A DNA stretch of 64,000 nt, taken from Bacilli bacterium (GTDB lineage: Bacteria > Bacillota_I > Bacilli_A > RFN20 > CAG-826). The notes beneath the pieces were generated by a model that made no database searches, was not told the DNA's origin, and saw only the letters and a program-made list of their open reading frames with translations. The stretch covers positions 11,655 through 75,654 of the forward strand of contig JAFUHI010000001.1 of assembly GCA_017468925.1 (NCBI GenBank), read 5' to 3'. Below, in pieces: positions 57,273 to 64,000 of the stretch (the stretch's first letter is position 1; each line of letters starts with the position of its first letter). Both the position numbers and the translations under genes were made by a program.

Positions 57273-57851
57273 ATGAAAAAAGGATTGCTTATTATTCTTT
57301 CAGGCCCAAGCGGTGTTGGCAAAGGTGCCACCAGAGAAAAGATCATGGCAAACAATGATCTCAAGCTTTTTTATTCAATTTCAATGACAACCCGCGAAAA
57401 AAGGCCTGGAGAAGTTGATGGAAAAGATTATTTCTTCGTCTCAAAAGAGGAATTTGAAAGAAACGTCAAAAACGGCAATCTTCTAGAACATAATACTTTC
57501 GTCGGAAATTCCTACGGAACTCCAAAAGACAAAGTCTTTGAATTGATGGAACAAGGCAAGAATGTCTTGCTAGAAATAGATGTGAATGGAGCGATGCAAG
57601 TATTTGAAAAGCTTGGCCACGACCTTCCTGTTTCCATATTCTTGATGCCACCTAGCTTAAAGGAATTGGAAGATAGAATCCGTGGTAGATCCACCGAGAC
57701 CGAAAAGGCAATAGAAGAAAGGCTTAACAGGGCTCGCAAAGAAATAAAAGAGAAAGACAATTACAAATACGTTGTCGTCAACGACAAGTTGGACGAGACG
57801 GTTAGACAAATTCACGAAATAATCGAAAATGAAATTAAGTATTCCTCTTAA
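57273..57851 (+). CDS. gmk: Guanylate kinase
   Basis: LIILSGPSGVGKG P-loop and TTREKRPGEVDGKDYFFVS. The start is set to ATG 57273. Confidence 0.92.
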   Translation: MKKGLLIILSGPSGVGKGATREKIMANNDLKLFYSISMTTREKRPGEVDGKDYFFVSKEEFERNVKNGNLLEHNTFVGNSYGTPKDKVFELMEQGKNVLLEIDVNGAMQVFEKLGHDLPVSIFLMPPSLKELEDRIRGRSTETEKAIEERLNRARKEIKEKDNYKYVVVNDKLDETVRQIHEIIENEIKYSS

Positions 57852-57872
57852 TTTGCCCTATAATTAGGGTAT

Positions 57873-60068
57873 ATGAAATTGTTATCTGTTTTGACACAAT
57901 ACGGCACGAGGTCTTTGGACCGTGCTTTTTCATATACATATTCAGGTAATAAGAGAGTAGAAGAACGCTTCCGTGTTTTGATTGATTTCAATGGGAAAAA
58001 CATCGTCGGTTTCGTAATGAAAGTGAGTGATACCAATTCATCAATCGAGGAATTGGAAGAAATTAATGGCTATAAAATCAAAGAAATCGTGGATGTGATT
58101 GACGTTGAGCCTTTATTAAACGATTCGTTAATGGAACTTGCTACAGAGGTCTCTTCTTACTACATGGCTCCTCTCATCAGTGTATTGCAAGCAATGCTCC
58201 CTAAGACTTTATCGCCTAAGCTATCATCGCTAAAAGGGCCGAAAATCGCATATGAGAAATGGGTCGAATTGTTGAGGAATGATGAGACTGATTTGACCCC
58301 AAAACAAATAGAAATGCTTCGCCTTATCGCTTCTTCTGGCCCAGTGTTGAAGAAAGACTTAGGTTCGCCTACGGTTTTAAACAAACTCATAGAAAGAAAT
58401 CTAGTCAGGCTGGTTTCAAAAGAAAGAAGAAGATTCCAGATACCGGAGGAAGAAATCGAAAAAGGCCATGAGATGACGGTGGAGCAAAGAAACGCTTATG
58501 ACTATATTTTATCGACTGATAAGAAAGTCATTTTACTTCAAGGTGTCACTGGCTCAGGCAAAACAGAAGTCTATCTAAGGCTAAGCGAAAAGATTTTGAA
58601 TAATGGCAAGACCGTTTTGATGTTGGTCCCTGAAATCAATTTAACCCCAGCGATGGTTGAATATTTCATAAGACGATTCGGGCCGAAAGTAGCGGTTATT
58701 CATAGTGAATTATCGCCTGGCGAGAAATATGATGAATACCGCCGTATCGCCAAAGGCGAGGCTAAAATCGTGGTGGGTGCTAGAAGCGCTGTCTTCGCCC
58801 CGTTATCGAATATCGGGTTAATAATTCTCGATGAAGAGCATGTCGAAAGCTACAAACAAGAGAATTCTCCTTATTATCATGCTAGAAACGTCGCCATCAT
58901 GAGAGGAGAGAAAGAAGGATGCAAAGTAATCCTTGGTTCGGCTACCCCATCTTTAGAAACAAAGGCGCGCGCCAATAAGGGGATATATGGATTTGCCTCA
59001 CTTCCTCATCGCGTCAATGAAAAAGCCTTGCCAAATACCTCAATAATCGATTTAAGAGATAGAAAAAACTACACAAAGAAATCCGAAAAGCTATCCAGGC
59101 AATTGCTTGAAGCGATAAAAAACAATCTAGATAACGGTGAGCAAACTCTGCTCCTCATTAACAGAAGGGGCTATTGGACAACCATTATTTGCCCTCAATG
59201 CGGTCATATATTCAAATGCCCTTGCTGCGGCGGTTCTTTGACATACCACAAAGAAGACCAAATGCTTAAATGCCACCATTGCGGGTTCGTTGATCATTAT
59301 CCTCATGAGTGTCCCGAATGCCATTCGAAAAATCTCTCTAGGACAGGATATGGAACTGAGAGGATAGAAAAAGAATTAAATGATATTTTCCCAGGCATAA
59401 GAGTGGCAAGGCTTGACTCTGATGTAACCAAGGTTTCAACCAAAATGGACAAGGTTTTGAAGGAATTTCATGATGGAAAATATGATGTTTTGGTTGGAAC
59501 AGAGATGATTGCGAAAGGCCATGATTTTCCAAATGTGACTCTTGCGTGCGTTGTTCTAGCCGACATTGGACTCAACATGCCTACATTTAGAGCAAGCGAA
59601 AGAACATTTCAGCTTATCGCTCAGACTGTAGGAAGAAGCGGAAGAAGCCACAAGACTGGGGTAGCAATGATACAAACATACAACCCAGACCATTATTCGA
59701 TCGCTTTAGGCGCCAAACAAGACTATGAGCAATTCTATTTAAGAGAGATGCAACAAAGGCGTGCGGCCCAATATCCTCCATACGTCTATATGTTTGTTTT
59801 GGAATTCTCCTGCAGCAATGAAGAACGTCTTGTCAAAGTGGCATACGAATTCAAGGATTTAATCAAAACAGAGAACTTCGAAAATGTGTCAATCGTAGGC
59901 CCGATAATTCCGTTTTATTCCTTGATAAATGGCAAATACAAAAGAGTGCTTCTCATCAAATACAAAAAGAGAGAAGGTCTAGATTTATTTGTTAAAAATC
60001 TAGTGGAAAGATACAACGGCAAATCCGGAATTGAAATTTCTTTAGATGTTGATCCTATGGATTATTAA
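57873..60068 (+). CDS. priA: Primosomal replication restart helicase PriA
   Basis: LLQGVTGSGKTEVY Walker A, DEEH box, and Cys-rich zinc insert CPQCGH...CPCCGG...CHHCGF...CPECHS. Confidence 0.93.
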   Translation: MKLLSVLTQYGTRSLDRAFSYTYSGNKRVEERFRVLIDFNGKNIVGFVMKVSDTNSSIEELEEINGYKIKEIVDVIDVEPLLNDSLMELATEVSSYYMAPLISVLQAMLPKTLSPKLSSLKGPKIAYEKWVELLRNDETDLTPKQIEMLRLIASSGPVLKKDLGSPTVLNKLIERNLVRLVSKERRRFQIPEEEIEKGHEMTVEQRNAYDYILSTDKKVILLQGVTGSGKTEVYLRLSEKILNNGKTVLMLVPEINLTPAMVEYFIRRFGPKVAVIHSELSPGEKYDEYRRIAKGEAKIVVGARSAVFAPLSNIGLIILDEEHVESYKQENSPYYHARNVAIMRGEKEGCKVILGSATPSLETKARANKGIYGFASLPHRVNEKALPNTSIIDLRDRKNYTKKSEKLSRQLLEAIKNNLDNGEQTLLLINRRGYWTTIICPQCGHIFKCPCCGGSLTYHKEDQMLKCHHCGFVDHYPHECPECHSKNLSRTGYGTERIEKELNDIFPGIRVARLDSDVTKVSTKMDKVLKEFHDGKYDVLVGTEMIAKGHDFPNVTLACVVLADIGLNMPTFRASERTFQLIAQTVGRSGRSHKTGVAMIQTYNPDHYSIALGAKQDYEQFYLREMQQRRAAQYPPYVYMFVLEFSCSNEERLVKVAYEFKDLIKTENFENVSIVGPIIPFYSLINGKYKRVLLIKYKKREGLDLFVKNLVERYNGKSGIEISLDVDPMDY

Positions 60069-60108
60069 ATTTGTGATATACTAAATAATCGAGGATATAT
60101 TTTAATAT

Positions 60109-60633
60109 ATGATTACAATTTCAGTTCTTGGACTTGACCAATACATCGTTGGTCGCTACAGCAAGGAACACACAGCTAACCTTGCTTCCTTATTTGAGAC
60201 AACTGACGACAACATCAGTTTCTACGCTCCAAACGCCATGGTATTCCATAATGGGGTGGAGCAGACGAGTTGGAATACGATTGTCATCGTCAAAGCGCCT
60301 CATCAATTCAAACCATTCGAAAACAAAGTTGCTTCTTATTTATTAAGAACAATATCTCCTGATGATAATCCATTCTCAATCAATTGCTCGGTGGAATTCG
60401 AATATTATGATGAGGGGACAAGATACGAGAAATATAACGAGACTTATCCGCGTTTTATCACCTTTGAAAATGTGGTTGAGCCAGATTATGGCGAAGAAGA
60501 TGATGACTGTGATTGCGACCCTCGCGACCATGCCGAACTAGATTATAACGACGAGAACCAAATCTATCTCGGAGATACATTCGAAGGACTCGATGAGAAA
60601 ATCGAGGCGATTAAAAAAGCAAAAAATAAATAA
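60109..60633 (+). CDS. DUF1904-like (tautomerase-fold) protein with a strongly acidic C-terminal extension
   Basis: MITISVLGLDQYIVGRYSKEHTANLASLF...FYAPNAMVFHNGVEQTSWNTIVIVKAP resembles DUF1904. The C-terminal half is Asp/Glu-rich (EPDYGEEDDDCDCDPRDHAELDYNDEN). Confidence 0.45.
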   Translation: MITISVLGLDQYIVGRYSKEHTANLASLFETTDDNISFYAPNAMVFHNGVEQTSWNTIVIVKAPHQFKPFENKVASYLLRTISPDDNPFSINCSVEFEYYDEGTRYEKYNETYPRFITFENVVEPDYGEEDDDCDCDPRDHAELDYNDENQIYLGDTFEGLDEKIEAIKKAKNK

Positions 60634-60654
60634 TTGTCTTTAGAGGTAAAATGT

Positions 60655-62037
60655 ATGGAACAGGAAATCAAAATCGCTGAATTGATTCTTGAAGACATTG
60701 TCGTGAACGATGCCGATTTTTCGGATGCTTTGAGGAAAGTATTCCTGAAACAAGCTGATTTAAGGCCTTTTAGACCTATCGTCTCGGGCTTGGTTGGCTG
60801 TGAACTAAGGCATCATTTGCTATTCAATTATTTGGTTAACGCTTTTAGCGATGAGCAGCTTAGCAAAGAAGAAAAAAGACTCCTGACACTCTGCATGTCA
60901 AATTACTATTTCTACAAGCGTTTCAATAGCGAAGAGATGCTTGCATATGTAAAAAATAGGCTAGGCGATGAGAAATTCAATTTGGTATCGGAGCATCTTT
61001 TTAAAGATGGAGGCGATTGCAAGAATCTAATCCCAGAGCATTTCACCAAAACCGCATCAAATTATCTTTCTTTGCGCTTCAATACCCCTGAATGGGTTCT
61101 TAAAATCTGGTTCCATTTCGAACATGGCGTCACTTATAAAATACTAAAGAAGAACAGCAAGCAATTGACTCCTTCAATCCGTGTAAGAACCTCGCAAATC
61201 AGCGTTGAAGAGCTTCTTGATAAGAACCAGGCCTTCGCCAAAACCCCAGTCGATTCCATATTGGTTTATGGCGGGAAAGAACCACTAAGGAAACTCGAGG
61301 AATTCAAAAGCGGAAAGATCTTCTTGGAGAAATGCGGAACCAAGAATCTTCTCGATAATTTCTCCATCCATGATCCTGACCAAATATTCTGCTATTGCGG
61401 AAACAAAGACGATTCGGTGGTTTTGGAACTAATCGAAAGATTTGGGAGAGATGTCGCGATTAATATCGGCTTGCCTCTAGTTGAGAAACCAGAGAACGTC
61501 AAAGAAGAAGCGGTCATCGATGAGCATCTATCGCTTAAGAAATTCGTTAAAGCTGGATGCTATTCGAATATTAATGTGTTCAACGCCAATCCAGACTCGA
61601 TGAACGCTTATATATCTAAGCCACAGGATTTTGTCTTCGCTGTGCCTAATAGCACCAACTTCGATTTGATAAGAGAAAAACCAGATTACCTCCTCCATTT
61701 CAAAAAAGAGAAGATGGACGCTTTATTCAAACAAGAGAAAGATGTCCTTGAAAATAGCGCTTCTTTCGTTGCGGAAGGCGGCACCTTGGTATATTTGATT
61801 TACACGATATCGAAGAAAGAAGGGGAGAACACAATCAAAGATTTCTTGGCCAACCACAACGAATTCAAATTGGTTAAGATGGAGCAACGCTTCCCATTTG
61901 ATAAATACGACACCTCGATGTTCTATGCCATTTTGAAAAAAGAGACTCCTTTAGCGAAAGCTGGTATGCCCCTAAACGAAGTGCAGTCACAAAACATCTT
62001 GCAAAGTGCCAACATGGGGGCGAAACAAGGGGAATAA
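60655..62037 (+). CDS. RsmB/Sun-like protein with degenerate methyltransferase motifs (probable pseudoenzyme)
   Basis: NusB-like N-terminal domain. GGTLVY is retained. VPNS replaces (D)APCS, YTIS replaces (S)TCS, and no AAPGGK-type SAM motif is present. The start is set to ATG 60655 behind AGAGG. Confidence 0.7.
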   Translation: MEQEIKIAELILEDIVVNDADFSDALRKVFLKQADLRPFRPIVSGLVGCELRHHLLFNYLVNAFSDEQLSKEEKRLLTLCMSNYYFYKRFNSEEMLAYVKNRLGDEKFNLVSEHLFKDGGDCKNLIPEHFTKTASNYLSLRFNTPEWVLKIWFHFEHGVTYKILKKNSKQLTPSIRVRTSQISVEELLDKNQAFAKTPVDSILVYGGKEPLRKLEEFKSGKIFLEKCGTKNLLDNFSIHDPDQIFCYCGNKDDSVVLELIERFGRDVAINIGLPLVEKPENVKEEAVIDEHLSLKKFVKAGCYSNINVFNANPDSMNAYISKPQDFVFAVPNSTNFDLIREKPDYLLHFKKEKMDALFKQEKDVLENSASFVAEGGTLVYLIYTISKKEGENTIKDFLANHNEFKLVKMEQRFPFDKYDTSMFYAILKKETPLAKAGMPLNEVQSQNILQSANMGAKQGE

Positions 62038-62040
62038 TTA

Positions 62041-63084
62041 ATGAAGAAGAGCCTTTTCTCTTTCACGTTGCCTGCCCTAGAGAAGGAGATGGAATCCCTT
62101 GGGCACAAACCGTATAGAGCGAGGCAGATTTACCAATGGCTTTATGTCAAAAATGAGTACGATATCTCAAAAATGAGCGACCTTAGTAAGGATTTCAGGG
62201 AATTTTTGAATGAAAACTATTCCGTCGATTTGCCAAAAATCATCAAAGAGCAAAGGGCGAAAGACGGAACAATCAAACTACTTCTTGAATATGAAGACCA
62301 TGGCAAAGTCGAAGCGGTGTTAATGAGATATGACTACGGCAATGTAATCTGCGTCTCAAGTCAAATCGGCTGCAATATGGGCTGCGCTTTCTGTGCTTCA
62401 GGCTTGCTAAAAAAAGAAAGAAACCTGACCTCCAGCGAAATGGTTGGCGAAGTTTTGATTATGAATCGCCTCTTAAGAGAAGAATGCGAAAGAGTAAGCC
62501 ATGTCGTTGTGATGGGAACCGGCGAGCCATTTGATAATTACGATAACGTATTGAATTTCGTTCATATTATTAATGACCAAAAAGGCCTATCGATTGGCGC
62601 AAGGCATATAACCGTATCAACATGCGGCCTAGTTCCAGGAATAATTAAATACGGGGATGAAGGCATCCAAATAAATCTCGCTATATCTTTGCACGCTCCA
62701 AATGATGAAATAAGAAAGAAAATAATGCCAATCGCCTCCGCCTATCCTTTGGATAAATTAATGGAAGCGGTGAAGATATACGAAGAGAAAGCTGGCAGAA
62801 GAGTCACATTCGAATACATAATGCTTAAAGGGATCAATGATAGTTTGTCTTGCGCTGACCAATTGAGCGACTTGATTAGGGGCACTTTGGCCTATGTGAA
62901 TCTAATCCCCTATAACCCAGTCAAAGAAAAACCATACGAAAGATCGCCTCAATCCACCACAAAAGCCTTCGCTGATAGGCTTATGAAAAGAGGCATCAAT
63001 TGCACGATTAGAAAGGAATTCGGCACGGATATCGATGCGGCGTGTGGTCAATTGAGAGTCAAATATGGAGGCAAAGAGAAATGA
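62041..63084 (+). CDS. rlmN: 23S rRNA/tRNA (adenine-C2)-methyltransferase RlmN (radical SAM)
   Basis: YRARQIYQWLY N-terminus, CNMGCAFCASG radical-SAM cluster, and GEPFDNY. Confidence 0.93.
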   Translation: MKKSLFSFTLPALEKEMESLGHKPYRARQIYQWLYVKNEYDISKMSDLSKDFREFLNENYSVDLPKIIKEQRAKDGTIKLLLEYEDHGKVEAVLMRYDYGNVICVSSQIGCNMGCAFCASGLLKKERNLTSSEMVGEVLIMNRLLREECERVSHVVVMGTGEPFDNYDNVLNFVHIINDQKGLSIGARHITVSTCGLVPGIIKYGDEGIQINLAISLHAPNDEIRKKIMPIASAYPLDKLMEAVKIYEEKAGRRVTFEYIMLKGINDSLSCADQLSDLIRGTLAYVNLIPYNPVKEKPYERSPQSTTKAFADRLMKRGINCTIRKEFGTDIDAACGQLRVKYGGKEK

Positions 63085-63833
63085 AATCATTTTCCGGTTC
63101 GTTTGCCTATGATACAGACAAGGGTCTAGTAAGACAAGATAACGAAGACCAAGCCTGCGCTCTCTTGAATGGAGAAGGGGAGATCCTTCTTATCGTATGC
63201 GATGGGATGGGAGGGCAAAACAAAGGAGATTATGCCTCCAAATTCGCGATAGATTATTTTGTTGAAGCTTTTAAGCACAAGAGAAAATACAAATTGGTCA
63301 GTTCCGATAAGATTTGGGTATCTAGAATCATCAAGAAAATCAATTCATCCATCTATTCAAAAGGAGAAAAAGATGCAGCCTTCAAAGGAATGGGCACAAC
63401 TTTTTTAGCGGCCATTATAAGCGGAGAAAAGCTTTTGCTCACCAATATGGGCGACTCTAGAGCCTATATGGCCACAAAAGATAACATAAAGCAGATAAGC
63501 GAAGACCAAACACTTGTAAGATTCCTGGTTTCGACTGGAAAAATAAGCGAAGAAGAAGCGCTTGTCCATCCAGATAGACATGTTTTAAATAACGCGTTGG
63601 GGATCTACCCTTCTGTCTCGCTTGATTTCCAAGTCTTCAAATATAACGGGGAAAAGATTCTTCTATGCACTGATGGGCTTTATAACCAGGTATCGCTTGA
63701 AGATATCCACGCCCACATGTTCACCAACGAAAGAAGCGAACAGAAAGTCAACGCTTTAATTAAAGAAGCGGAGATGAATGGAGGAAGCGACAACGTTGGA
63801 ATTGTCCTTTGGGAGGCTGATATCGATGATTAG
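63081..63833 (+). CDS. stp: PP2C-family Ser/Thr phosphatase (Stp/PrpC)
   Basis: DKGLVRQDNEDQ, VCDGMGG and DGLYN motifs. The ATG overlaps the rlmN TGA. Confidence 0.88.
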   Translation: MKSFSGSFAYDTDKGLVRQDNEDQACALLNGEGEILLIVCDGMGGQNKGDYASKFAIDYFVEAFKHKRKYKLVSSDKIWVSRIIKKINSSIYSKGEKDAAFKGMGTTFLAAIISGEKLLLTNMGDSRAYMATKDNIKQISEDQTLVRFLVSTGKISEEEALVHPDRHVLNNALGIYPSVSLDFQVFKYNGEKILLCTDGLYNQVSLEDIHAHMFTNERSEQKVNALIKEAEMNGGSDNVGIVLWEADIDD

Positions 63834-64000
63834 GATAGGCGATAAAATCGATGGCAGATACCATATAACTTCTAGAATCGCCCATGGAGGCATGGCCGAT
63901 ATCTATGAAGCGATTGATCTTGTCTCAAGAAAGACTGTCGCATTAAAAATAATGCGCGAGGATATGCTTGATAATAAAGATAATGTATCGAGATTCTCCA
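63826..64000 (+). CDS. Hanks-type Ser/Thr protein kinase (PknB/PrkC), N-terminal fragment that runs off the window
   Basis: MIRIGDKIDGRYHITSRIAHGGMADIYEAIDLVSRKTVALKIM contains the glycine-rich loop and VALK lysine. Overlaps the stp stop by 8 nt. Confidence 0.85.
   Translation, partial: MIRIGDKIDGRYHITSRIAHGGMADIYEAIDLVSRKTVALKIMREDMLDNKDNVSRFS

Overview
This is a low-GC bacterial chromosome segment that uses the standard genetic code: TGA ends ORFs at conserved C-termini and Trp is TGG. Coding density is about 90 percent and the content is almost entirely housekeeping. Gene order is Firmicute/Mollicute-like but reduced: rnj, def, ylbF-rsmD-coaD, gmk-priA...rsmB-like-rlmN-stp-pknB, and a complete atpIBEFHAGDC operon. 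An Acholeplasma-/Erysipelotrichia-like origin is my inference only. I call about 70 CDS and 4 tRNAs (Ser-CGA, Ser-GCU, Gly-UCC, Asp-GUC), plus a csoR-copA copper module with a candidate operator, a RelB/YafQ toxin-antitoxin pair, and several hairpin terminators and promoters. I saw no CRISPR array, transposase, integrase, rRNA or obvious multi-gene defence island. The observations most worth a second look are listed below.

1. The ATP synthase c-subunit carries a Na+-type two-carboxylate ion-binding signature.
2. The RsmB-like gene in the conserved rlmN-stp-pknB cluster has lost both catalytic cysteines and its SAM motif.
3. An ORF6N-family gene is split by a single extra A in an A8 tract.
4. 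A membrane-anchored protein has the layout of a fully degenerate GGDEF-EAL tandem.
5. A 15-nt inverted copy of an internal tRNA-Gly segment lies between the cop operon and the tRNA genes.
6. An orphan vsr is tightly coupled to an ABC exporter.
7. An AT-rich islet beside tRNA-Ser(GCU) contains phased iterons and an HTH protein fused to a degenerate nucleotidyltransferase-like domain.
8. An uncharacterised 373-aa gene is wedged between glpK and a nucleoside kinase.

All family assignments are by-eye motif recognition from the translations. No database search was run.
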